64,000 bases of DNA, taken from assembly GCA_963782055.1 (NCBI GenBank), contig CAWAIF010000003.1:1344001-1408000 (forward strand), given 5' to 3'. Each line of letters begins with the position of its first letter. Position 1 is the first letter of the stretch. Below the pieces are notes generated by a model. The model searched no databases, had not been told where the DNA came from, and saw only the letters and a list, made by a program, of their open reading frames with translations. This stretch comes from an uncultured delta proteobacterium. Its GTDB lineage: Bacteria > Myxococcota_A > Polyangia > Polyangiales > Polyangiaceae. Positions 50,609 through 58,852 of the stretch are shown here, one piece after another. The translations under genes were made by a program, and so were the position numbers.

Positions 50609-51121
50609 ATGGTCATCGCTACACGCCTCTCGGCCGCGGCGGCGCTGCTGGTCCCGATGCTCCTGGCGTGCGGGGGCGAGGCTGCGGGTGATGGAGACGG
50701 GGGCGACGACGCGACGGCCGACGCGCCGCTCGCCGACGGCGGGCGGGGCGATGGTGGCGATTCGGGTGCCGACGCCCCCGCCGACGCCGGGGACGAGAGC
50801 GCGACGGCGATCTCGCTGCACCTGAAGTGTGCGGAGGGCGATCAGTGTGAAGGCGGCGTCTGTTGCGCGACGCTCGCCTTCGGTGGCGACTGCGTGCTCG
50901 ACGAGATCTCGCCCGCCTGCACCCCATCGAGCGGGTGCCCCACCACGCTCCAGCCTTTCTGCGGCGGCGACGAGACCGTGCAGCTCTGCGACAGCAACGC
51001 GGACTGCACCGAGCCGGGCTACGACAGGTGCTGCACCTTCCAGATCACCGGCCACGCCAGCTCGCTGACGCTGTGCGCGAGCCAGCAGATGGTCCAATCC
51101 GCGGACGCGTCGTGCCCCTGA
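50609..51121 (+). CDS. Cys-rich lipoprotein
   Basis: MLLAC lipobox, DAG linker, Cys-rich C-terminal domain. Confidence 0.78.
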   Translation: MVIATRLSAAAALLVPMLLACGGEAAGDGDGGDDATADAPLADGGRGDGGDSGADAPADAGDESATAISLHLKCAEGDQCEGGVCCATLAFGGDCVLDEISPACTPSSGCPTTLQPFCGGDETVQLCDSNADCTEPGYDRCCTFQITGHASSLTLCASQQMVQSADASCP

Positions 51122-51297
51122 GCCACGCGCAGGCTTGCAGCGTACGGACGGCGCTCGGGGGCTGCTTCCATCAGGGAAGCCCCGCCACGTCCACCGGCAC
51201 GTGGCTCTCCTTGGTCGTCCCGAAGAGCAACGGGGTGGTCGCGCTCCCGGCGAACGGAGGTGCGCACGGGTGATGAAGCGACAACACACGGTGTGCG

Positions 51298-51342
51298 GAA
51301 ACGCGCGGTCCTCTGGACGGGGGGGCCGCGCGTTTTCGTTTT
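51298..51342 (+). terminator. Rho-independent terminator-like hairpin
   Basis: GAAACGCGCGGTCCTC-loop-GGGGGCCGCGCGTTTT followed by CGTTTT. Confidence 0.65.
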
Positions 51343-51464
51343 GTGGTTCCGATGGACTGAGATGGCGACAGAATCTCAGCCGGTTCCGTGGACACCCCGA
51401 GAGGCCCGAAGATGCGCCAATCGTTCGACCGGTCCACGAGACCGGGGGAGGATCAGTCGTCCTG

Positions 51465-51896
51465 ATGCGCAACAATCACCACCCATCCCCGTCGAAGCCG
51501 CCCCTCGGCGCCGCCCTCCCCCGCGCAGCCTGCTGCGTATTCCTGCTTGCCTGCAGCACGGCGCCCGCCTCCCCCGACGCCGACGCGAGCACCGACGCCG
51601 CCGCCTGCCCCGACGCCAGGCCCGGCTGCTACTGGCTCCACTGCGGCGATCCCTTCGTCCCGGGTCTCACCTGCGTGGACGGCGCCTGGGTGTGCGACCG
51701 GGGAGCCACCGATCCGTCGCAGGGCTGCCCCTGTCCCGTCGTGGGACCCGACCCGCCGCCATATTGCTACAACTGCGACGGAGGCCGGGTAGGGGAGTGG
51801 TCCTGCAACAGCGCGACGCGCGCGTGGGAGTGCGCGGACGGCGGCTACACCACCCGCGACGCGCCCGCCTGCACCGCCGACGCCGGCGCCGACTGA
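51465..51896 (+). CDS. Cys/Trp-rich lipoprotein
   Basis: GGGAGG RBS; VFLLAC lipobox; repeated C..G.W.C units. Confidence 0.72.
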   Translation: MRNNHHPSPSKPPLGAALPRAACCVFLLACSTAPASPDADASTDAAACPDARPGCYWLHCGDPFVPGLTCVDGAWVCDRGATDPSQGCPCPVVGPDPPPYCYNCDGGRVGEWSCNSATRAWECADGGYTTRDAPACTADAGAD

Positions 51897-51911
51897 CGCG
51901 CGCGGGTCCGG

Positions 51912-52649
51912 CTCACCTCCCGCCCCTGAGCGCCGCGCGCACCATCCCCGCCGCACGCTTCGCGTTCTCCTCCACCACCTCCGCCTCGATCCGCAGCACC
52001 CGGAACCCCAGCGCCTCGATCACCGCCTGCCGCGCCGCATCCGCCTCCGCATGCCCCGGCTCCCGGTGCACCCCGCCGTCCACCTCCACCACCAGCCGCT
52101 CGCTCAGCGCGACGAAGTCCACGATGTAGCTCCCCGCCAGCACATGCTGCCGCCTGAACTTCACCCCGCCGCACCGTCGCCCCCGCAGCTCCCGCCACAG
52201 CATCGCCTCCGATCGCGTCGCCTCCTCCCGCCGCATCCGCCGCGCGTGGTGATGAAGGAAGAAGAGAGAGGGAGCTTCGTGCGGTGCCATGCCCTCCCCA
52301 CAGCGACAGAAGCGTGACAGCCGCAGTGAAGCCACCCGCGATCCCAAGGAAGGCTGGCGCGCTTCTTTCGCTCCCAGGGCGTGGCACCGCACGAAGCTCC
52401 CTCGCACGCTCCTGCGCAACCTCGAGGGGAGGCACACCGCGGGGGGAGGGCCCCGTTCCCTAGTGTTCGCCGTCGGGGAGAGCGGGCACGCGCACGGGCA
52501 TGGCCCCATCATCGTCGATAGCCCGCCTACCAGCGCCCAGACCATCCTCCCCGCCCGAGCGAGCGCGAGCGAGCGATGGGCAAGGGGAGGAGCCGCGCGC
52601 GGACCGCTCACCCGCTGCGCGTGAGCGGGAGCACGCGGCAGGCGGGGCC
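51912..52649 (-). mobile_element. Repeated ~740-bp DUF559 nuclease + structured leader unit, copy 1 (mobility inferred)
   Basis: Collinear near-identical copy at 58853-59592 with different flanks. Confidence 0.65.
51913..52290 (-). CDS. DUF559 / Vsr-like PD-(D/E)xK endonuclease (copy 1)
   Basis: ARRMRR..TRSEAMLWRELR...KFRRQHV..YIVDF.....LVVEVDGGVH......D..R...IEALGFRVLRI. Confidence 0.9.
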   Translation of the reverse strand: MAPHEAPSLFFLHHHARRMRREEATRSEAMLWRELRGRRCGGVKFRRQHVLAGSYIVDFVALSERLVVEVDGGVHREPGHAEADAARQAVIEALGFRVLRIEAEVVEENAKRAAGMVRAALRGGR

Positions 52650-53203
52650 TACCCCACCACCCTCCCCACCAGAAGCGCCAGCATCCGCTCCAGCTCCCCC
52701 GCGCTCCCCGCAGCCGCGCCGAGCCCGTCCGCCGACCGGTCGAGCAGCGTGGCGATGCGCGGCGCGAGCCGGCCGCCGACGTGACGGCAGCGAGCGAGGT
52801 GCTTCTGCAGAGAGGCGACGTACAGGGCGTGGGCCGACTCGCTCTCCTTGCCGCCGACGGCGTTCATGGCCTCGAGCAGCTCCGCGGCGTGGCGCGAGCT
52901 GTGGACGAGCGCGTACATCTCCAGGTGCTTGCTGGCGAGCGAGGCGAGCACCGCCGCCTCCGGCGACCGCGCCCGGCCCGCGGCGGCCTCCGCCCGCGCG
53001 TGCATGGCCTCTCCCAGCGTGGTGATGACGGCGGCGAAGACCGCCTCCTTGTTCGGGAAGTGGGCGTACGCCGTGGCCTTGGCGACACTGGCCTCCGCCG
53101 CGATGGCCTCCATCGAGGTGTGGCGGAAGCCGTACGCACTGAAGAGGCGTGCGGCCGCGTCCAGCAGCGCCACGCGCGTCTTGTTCGGCCTCACGGGCTT
53201 CAT
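52649..53203 (-). CDS. TetR/AcrR-family regulator
   Basis: LLDAAARLFSAYGFRHTSMEAIAAEASVAKATAYAHFPNKEAVF. Confidence 0.92.
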   Translation of the reverse strand: MKPVRPNKTRVALLDAAARLFSAYGFRHTSMEAIAAEASVAKATAYAHFPNKEAVFAAVITTLGEAMHARAEAAAGRARSPEAAVLASLASKHLEMYALVHSSRHAAELLEAMNAVGGKESESAHALYVASLQKHLARCRHVGGRLAPRIATLLDRSADGLGAAAGSAGELERMLALLVGRVVG

Positions 53204-53258
53204 CGAAGACCTTCGAGATTAGCGCCGTTCGGCGCGCCCGGGATCGCCGTCCGACGTA

Positions 53259-53287
53259 TTGAACGATCCAGGTACATATCGTATGGT
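53259..53287 (+). promoter_or_regulatory. Putative sigma70 promoter of the SDR gene (leaderless)
   Basis: TTGAAC-17 nt-TATGGT, ATG 6 nt downstream. Confidence 0.6.
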
Positions 53288-53293
53288 CCGTCC

Positions 53294-54145
53294 ATGCCCG
53301 TTTCACGCGCCGTTCTCATCACCGGGTGCTCCTCCGGCCTCGGCAAGGCCACCGCCATCCAGCTCGCGAAGAAGGGGTGGACCGTCTACGCCACCGCCCG
53401 CAAGACGGCGGACCTGGCGGAGGCGGAGGCGGCGGGCTGCCGGCTGCTCGCCCTCGACGTGACCGACGAGGCGTCGATGAAGGCCGCGGTCGCCGCCGTC
53501 GAGGTCGAGCACGGCGCCGTCGGCGTGCTCGTCAACAACGCGGGCTACTCCCAGTCGGGCGCCTTCGAGAGCGTGCCGATGGACCGCGTGCGCCGGCAGT
53601 TCGAGACCAACGTCTTCGGCCTGGTGCGCCTCACCCAGCTCGTGCTCCCCGGCATGCGCAAGCAGCGCTGGGGGCGCGTCGTGAACCTGAGCTCCATGGG
53701 CGGCAAGCTCGTCTTCCCGGGCGGCGGCTTCTACCACGCGACCAAGTACGCGGTCGAAGCGCTCAGCGACGCGCTGCGCTTCGAGGTCCGCGGCTTCGGG
53801 ATCGACGTGATCGTCATCGAGCCCGGGCTCATCAAGAGCGGCTTCGCCGAGGCGGCGGCCGCGGCGATGAAGGGCGACGGCGAGGTGGCGGAGGCCTACG
53901 CAGACTTCGACGCAGCGGTGGCGCGCTCGACGAAGGAGGTCTACGAGAAGGGCCCCCTCGCCAAACTGGCGGGCGTGCCGGAGGACGTCGCCCGGACCAT
54001 CGGCAAGGCGCTCGCGGCCAGGCGGCCGAAGACGCGATACACCGTGTCCCTCTCGGCGAAGGTGTTCCTCACGCAGCGCGCGCTGATGAGTGACCGCGCG
54101 TGGGACTGGATGATGCGCCAGTCCATGCCCTCCCCAGGCGCGTGA
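53294..54145 (+). CDS. Short-chain dehydrogenase/reductase
   Basis: TGCSSGLG, LVNNAG, YHATK. Confidence 0.95.
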   Translation: MPVSRAVLITGCSSGLGKATAIQLAKKGWTVYATARKTADLAEAEAAGCRLLALDVTDEASMKAAVAAVEVEHGAVGVLVNNAGYSQSGAFESVPMDRVRRQFETNVFGLVRLTQLVLPGMRKQRWGRVVNLSSMGGKLVFPGGGFYHATKYAVEALSDALRFEVRGFGIDVIVIEPGLIKSGFAEAAAAAMKGDGEVAEAYADFDAAVARSTKEVYEKGPLAKLAGVPEDVARTIGKALAARRPKTRYTVSLSAKVFLTQRALMSDRAWDWMMRQSMPSPGA

Positions 54146-54153
54146 CGCCCTAC

Positions 54154-54381
54154 TCAGTACGTCCCCTGGAACATGAAGCCGCCGTGGCACGCGGGCGTAC
54201 TGGCGCCGGCGTCCAGCGGCTCGCAGTCGTAATGGACCACGTCGGGCGTGCTGCAGTCCGCGCCGGAGCTGCTGCACGAGAGGACCGCCATCGCCCCCGC
54301 CGACAGGACGAGAGCCCCGGCCACGACGGCGCAGCGACAGGCGACGGACAGCGCTCCACGCGCGCCGCGACCGAAGGACAT
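54154..54381 (-). CDS. Short, possibly 3'-truncated lipoprotein
   Basis: AMAVLSC lipobox-like sequence, three further Cys, abrupt end. Confidence 0.4.
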   Translation of the reverse strand: MSFGRGARGALSVACRCAVVAGALVLSAGAMAVLSCSSSGADCSTPDVVHYDCEPLDAGASTPACHGGFMFQGTY

Positions 54382-54519
54382 TCGTGCCCTCACGAGGGGG
54401 ATACGGAAAGCGTAGCCCGGGAGCGTGCACTCGGTCCGGAAACAAACTGCGAGCCCGCGAACGCCACAAAGCCTCATTCAACCTTCTCGCTCGTGCCGAC
54501 CCCTGCCGCCCCGCATCCG

Positions 54520-54964
54520 CCTCTGGATGCCCCATGCGCATGTCGACGGGCGCCGAGGGGACGTAGATCCGGACGCTGCGCGGCAGGCTCAGCACCGCGA
54601 CGCGAGCACCGCCGCGAGCTCGGCGATGTAGCTCGGATCCCGGCCAACGCGCGCGAGCGCGCCGCGAACCGCGATCTCGATCACGTCGTCGACCGACTCG
54701 ACGCGGCCCGACGGGTCGCGAACATGGACGGGCACGAGCTGCACCGCTCCCCGCTTGGTCGCCTTGTCACACCGTAGTTGCCAGCACCACCACCCGAGCG
54801 TCGCTCGCCGAATGCCGTGCCGCCGTGCGACCTCGTCGATCGAGCCCACGCGACCGACCTCGCGAACCAGTTGCTCCCACTCCGCTCGTGAACGACGCGC
54901 TGCCATCACGGCAGACTCCACGATCACCTCGACACCCGCGAGACGTCCATCGGCGGACGGTTAC
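54520..54964 (-). mobile_element. IS66-family remnant (left end, tnpA, start of tnpB)
   Basis: Minus strand begins GTAACCGTCC at 54964 (IS66 GTAA end); tnpA-like ORF; overlapping MLSLPRSVRIYVPSAPVDMRMG (TnpB N-terminus), then similarity is lost; no tnpC. Confidence 0.8.
54589..54906 (-). CDS. tnpA: IS66 accessory protein TnpA
   Basis: AEWEQLVRE...SIDEVARRHGIRRATLGWW...LVPVHV...IEI. Confidence 0.75.
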   Translation of the reverse strand: MAARRSRAEWEQLVREVGRVGSIDEVARRHGIRRATLGWWCWQLRCDKATKRGAVQLVPVHVRDPSGRVESVDDVIEIAVRGALARVGRDPSYIAELAAVLASRC

Positions 54965-55026
54965 GCCGCAGGCGATACGCAAACCGCGAGCAGCGCGCCG
55001 CGCGCGAGGTGGCCGCATTTGGAGAC

Positions 55027-55485
55027 TCATCCCTCGCCACCTGGACGTCTTGCTATCCGCCAGTCCCGCAAAAGCTCCTCCGGGTTGTCGCCCTCGGCCC
55101 GCTCGTAGAAGTCGCGAATCTCGATCGGAAACTTACGAACGAGTCCCTGGCGCCAAATCGCCATGAACCTTCGGACCTCCACCATGCTCGCAGTCGCATC
55201 ACTATAGTCAAGTAGCGCACCAACGAGCGCATTGGATACATCCGCATTCCGAGGCCGCAGCTCCACAGCGCGGCGCGCCGCTTCCACAGCCTCTCCGGTG
55301 CGCCCCAGATCGCTTAGCAGCTCATACAGAACGAGCCATCCGGCCGCACTGGCAGGATCCAGTGCCAGCGCTCGCTGAAAGGCAGCAACAGCCTCCCCGC
55401 GCTCGCCCCGCTCACGGAGCTCGAACGCCTCCTTGAATGCCGCCTCACGCTCGCCCTCATCAGGACCCCTTGTCTCCTGCGGCAC
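55027..55485 (-). CDS. TPR-repeat protein (lower GC)
   Basis: EAVAAFQRALALDPAS...LGRTGEAVEAARRAVELRPRN; AAGGAGG RBS. Confidence 0.78.
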   Translation of the reverse strand: MPQETRGPDEGEREAAFKEAFELRERGERGEAVAAFQRALALDPASAAGWLVLYELLSDLGRTGEAVEAARRAVELRPRNADVSNALVGALLDYSDATASMVEVRRFMAIWRQGLVRKFPIEIRDFYERAEGDNPEELLRDWRIARRPGGEG

Positions 55486-55649
55486 GTGGCCCTCCTTGCC
55501 GAGTCAGCGGCAACCGTAGCATGCACTACTCCCTCACTCATCATCCAAGTCACCCGAGCTTCGTATGCCGCGTCGGCCGTTCTTCAGCTGCTGGAGCATA
55601 GGAAACGCTAGCGCGAGCGGGCGCGAAAGTTTGCGGAAGCGATCTTACG

Positions 55650-55879
55650 CGAAGTCGTGCGGTTTGCTCTCCGCGGACGATGCGCTTCGTGAGGTCGACA
55701 ACTTGATTGCAACTCTCCGAAGGGGTGCACTCCCACCGCGCCTCGATCTTGAAATCCTCTTCGCGTCCACGGGGCCGATCCAGGAGGTGAGCCTGAGCAG
55801 CGGATGGGCGCAGCCGTTTCTCGCGCTCGCGAGTCGCTTCGATGCCGCAATGGCGGAGGTCTACAGGTCGGCGTCCTGA
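55650..55879 (+). pseudogene. Probable 5'-truncated hypothetical gene
   Basis: Protein-like ADDALREVDNLIATL...LFASTGPIQEVSLSSGWAQPFLALASRFD preceded by sequence that does not look coding. Confidence 0.45.
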
Positions 55880-55930
55880 GGTCGGCGGACCCCACTCGCG
55901 GGAGAGCCCCAGTCCCCTTCGTCCTCCTCC

Positions 55931-56064
55931 GTCCACAGCCCGCCACCACCGCCCAGACCATCCTCCCCGCCCGAGCGAGCGCGAGCGAGCGATGGGCCGG
56001 GGGAGGAGCCGCGCGCGGACCGCTCACGCGCTGCGCGTTAGCGGGAGCACGCGGCAGGAGGGGC
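55931..56064. repeat. Solo copy of the terminal double-hairpin repeat of the DUF559 element
   Basis: GCCCAGACCATCCTCCCCGCCCGAGCGAGCGCGAGCGAGCGATGGGC...GGACCGCTCACGCGCTGCGCGTTAGCGGGAGCACGCGGCAGG matches 52521-52649 and 59468-59592. Confidence 0.9.
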
Positions 56065-56082
56065 GTATCATCATCTCCCCCC

Positions 56083-56838
56083 GTGTCCGCCCCTCTCCGC
56101 CCGCGCCTCCAAGTCATCGCCCTCGCCCCCCTCCTGTCCGCATGCGCCGGAACCCACGCCGCCCCCCACCCGGCCGCGCCTCCCCCCCGCCCGACCTCCG
56201 CCCAATCCGCGCCGCCCCCCGCGCCCGCGCCGGGCCATACGGAGCAGATGCCCCCCGCCTCCGCCGACGCCCACTCCGTCGGCTGCATCGGCTGGAACCC
56301 CCCCGCCCGCCGCGCCGTCTGCATCACCGGCGAGTCCTCCATCCAGCAAGGCGACAATCTGGTCGTCGAGGAGCTCGGCGGGGACGCCACCTTCGACTGG
56401 TTGAAGACCCCGGGCCAGTCCTTCGACGCCGCCCCGAGCCCCGCCGCGGTGACCCGCCTGCGCGCGCTCCTCGCGGCCGGCGCCTACACCGCGCTCCCCG
56501 CCGGCCGCACCCTCGCGCCGGGCGAGGCGATCCCCTGGCCCGGCACGCACCTCGTCTTCCGCTACGCCCGCCAGTCGCGTCCGGACGTGGAGACGGACGA
56601 GGGCTCGTGGAGCGACGTCACCGATCGCATCGAGATCGACTGCGGCGCCGGCAAGCGCACCCTGTTCGAGCGAGAGATCCAGGGCGCCGGCGACGGGCCG
56701 GCGATCCTGCGCGGCGCGGCGCAGCAGCACCTGGTGCTCGTCGAGTGGGCGCCCACCTGGGCGCTGGAGGGCGACTCCGGCGGCGCGGTGCAGGCGACGC
56801 TCATCGACACCGCCGCCGAGCGCTGCGCCGATCCCTGA
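56083..56838 (+). CDS. Hypothetical lipoprotein
   Basis: LLSAC lipobox, Pro-rich linker. Confidence 0.7.
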   Translation: MSAPLRPRLQVIALAPLLSACAGTHAAPHPAAPPPRPTSAQSAPPPAPAPGHTEQMPPASADAHSVGCIGWNPPARRAVCITGESSIQQGDNLVVEELGGDATFDWLKTPGQSFDAAPSPAAVTRLRALLAAGAYTALPAGRTLAPGEAIPWPGTHLVFRYARQSRPDVETDEGSWSDVTDRIEIDCGAGKRTLFEREIQGAGDGPAILRGAAQQHLVLVEWAPTWALEGDSGGAVQATLIDTAAERCADP

Positions 56839-56863
56839 CCGCCCGCCGCCCGCCGCCGGCCCG

Positions 56864-57346
56864 CTACTTCGAAGACGAAGGCGCCGCCGGCGCCCCCGCG
56901 AGCACCCCGCACGTCCGCACGCGCTTCACCTCCGTCTGCGTCCCGTAGGGGATGAACGTCCCGAGCACGAACACCGAATCGGCGAAGTGCCTGAGCGACT
57001 CCTGGTCCCGGAAGGCGACGCGCACCCCGCACTCGTGCTTGGGCCCCACCACCGCCGGCACGGTGAAGGTCGGATCGATCGATTGATAGAAGTGCCCCGC
57101 CCAGAACACGTCGCACTCGCCGATCGACACCGACTCGACGCCCGGCAGCCGCTCCAGCGCCTCCTTGGCGCGGTCGAACCCCTTCCGCGCGTCTGCCGCC
57201 GCCGAGGCGTCGTCGCAGGTCACGCCGGTGATCGCCAGGGATGGATGCGCGCTGCTGACCGGGGATGCAGGCGCGACGGCCGGCGGCGCCGGTGACCCAC
57301 ACGCGACGACGACGACCGAGGCCGTCGCCAGGAGTCCTCTGTGCAT
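56864..57346 (-). CDS. Hypothetical lipoprotein
   Basis: VVVAC lipobox. Confidence 0.7.
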   Translation of the reverse strand: MHRGLLATASVVVVACGSPAPPAVAPASPVSSAHPSLAITGVTCDDASAAADARKGFDRAKEALERLPGVESVSIGECDVFWAGHFYQSIDPTFTVPAVVGPKHECGVRVAFRDQESLRHFADSVFVLGTFIPYGTQTEVKRVRTCGVLAGAPAAPSSSK

Positions 57347-57577
57347 GATCGACTCCATATGGAGTCCTGCGCGCGACGTCAAAGGTGGCGCGCCGCGCAC
57401 TCGTCGTCGGCAGGGTGAAGGTGCCGCCGCCCCCTGCCTGCGGAACCGCCCCGCCCCTTAGTGGTCACCCCGCCCCCACCCGGTCCGATCCAGGACCATG
57501 ACGCCACTGTCTTGCTCTGCGGACCGCACGCCGCACCGATCGCCGCGGCACCCGCAAGAAACCGCCACCATCCCTCC

Positions 57578-57593
57578 CGGCACGGCCCTTGCG
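57578..57593 (+). promoter_or_regulatory. Putative sigma54 promoter
   Basis: CGGCACGGCCCTTGCG (GGCACG-N4-TTGC); ATG 15 nt after the -12 C. Confidence 0.55.
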
Positions 57594-57606
57594 ATGGGTA
57601 GCCACC

Positions 57607-58173
57607 ATGCGCTCCCTCCCTCTCGCCGGCTTCCTCGCCTTCGTCGTCTCCGCCACCGCCTTCGCCGCCGGCTGCGGCTGCGATCCGGGCAACAACGGAT
57701 ATCGCGCGCCCCTCGGCTTCCAGCCCTCCAGCGTCGAGGCCTTCCGCACGCCGGCGCGCTGCGGCGCGGCCAACCCGGACGCGGCGCCGGGCGACGTGCT
57801 CTCCCTCGAGCTCGTCGGCGCGACGGACGTCGCCCCGCCGTACACCGCGATGGACCTGGACGTGACGCGCAGCGCGCCGCAGGGACAGGCGGTGCCGCTG
57901 GTGGTGAGCCAGACCTCCCAGGGCACCGTCACGGCGAAGTCGACCGACGGCTCCATCCAGTTCACCTTCACCGTGGGATCGAACGCGGGCGAGATCGACT
58001 CCGCGGCGCTCGCCTCGGTGGTCGTGACCCTCGACACGATCCCGACGGCCGACGGCGAGCCCCTCGCCGCCGAGCTCCACCTCCGCTTCGACGACGGCAG
58101 CGTGCTCGATCAGTCCTACAGCGCTCCGGTGCACACCCCGCTCTTTCGCTGCGTCGCGAGCCCGACGCAGTGA
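57607..58173 (+). CDS. Hypothetical lipoprotein
   Basis: Signal peptide ending AAGC. Confidence 0.72.
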   Translation: MRSLPLAGFLAFVVSATAFAAGCGCDPGNNGYRAPLGFQPSSVEAFRTPARCGAANPDAAPGDVLSLELVGATDVAPPYTAMDLDVTRSAPQGQAVPLVVSQTSQGTVTAKSTDGSIQFTFTVGSNAGEIDSAALASVVVTLDTIPTADGEPLAAELHLRFDDGSVLDQSYSAPVHTPLFRCVASPTQ

Positions 58174-58190
58174 GCTAGACTCGGATCGCC

Positions 58191-58607
58191 ATGCTGCGGC
58201 GCGCGCTTCCCCTTCTCCTCCTGCTCGGCACCGCGTGCGGCCCGAGCACGCCGGAGGGGCAAGAGGAGGTGCTGTTGCCCTTTCCGGATGACGGCGGGGT
58301 GACGTGGGACGCGTGGGTCGGCCCCTTCGTCCGCGACTACTGCGTCCAGTGCCACGAGCCCAGCGCGCCCTGCGGCGGCAACGGGTGCCACGCGGCGGGC
58401 AATCCCGCGCTGTTCGACCTGCACGACAAGCAGGTGGCGGTCACCCTCTCGCAGACCATCCGGTGCGGCATCGCCACGACGCAGGATCCGAGCTGGAACT
58501 GCAGCGTGTCGGCGAAGAAGTTCCCGGTCGAGAACGGCGGCAACCCGCTCCCCACCGACGAGCAGCGCGCGCTGGTGGTCGGCTGGGTCGACGCCGGCTG
58601 CCCCTGA
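58191..58607 (+). CDS. Lipoprotein c-type cytochrome-like protein
   Basis: LGTAC lipobox; VTW...V.PFV..YCVQCH heme motif, second C..GCH; PTDEQRALVVGWVDAGCP. Confidence 0.7.
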   Translation: MLRRALPLLLLLGTACGPSTPEGQEEVLLPFPDDGGVTWDAWVGPFVRDYCVQCHEPSAPCGGNGCHAAGNPALFDLHDKQVAVTLSQTIRCGIATTQDPSWNCSVSAKKFPVENGGNPLPTDEQRALVVGWVDAGCP

Positions 58608-58852
58608 CGGGCGCGTTGCTGCGGCCAGATCGCGTCGGTCGTCCCGGCGCCAGCCTCCCCTTGTGAGCGCGCACCCTACCGCCTCCCCGCCGAGAGGCCC
58701 GACCCCGTACGCGGAGGCATGGGTTCGCCTTCGACGTCGCCGGCTCATACGACGGCTCTCGTTCGGGGTGGTGGGGGACGAACTGGACGGTGATGGCGAT
58801 CGGGATGGGCCCGACCCAGAGTTGGAGCCCTTGATGGCGCCGCAGGCGCCGC

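Noticed and set aside
52268..52403. Retron msr/msd (a1/a2 inverted repeats)
   Set aside because: No reverse transcriptase gene is present in the window
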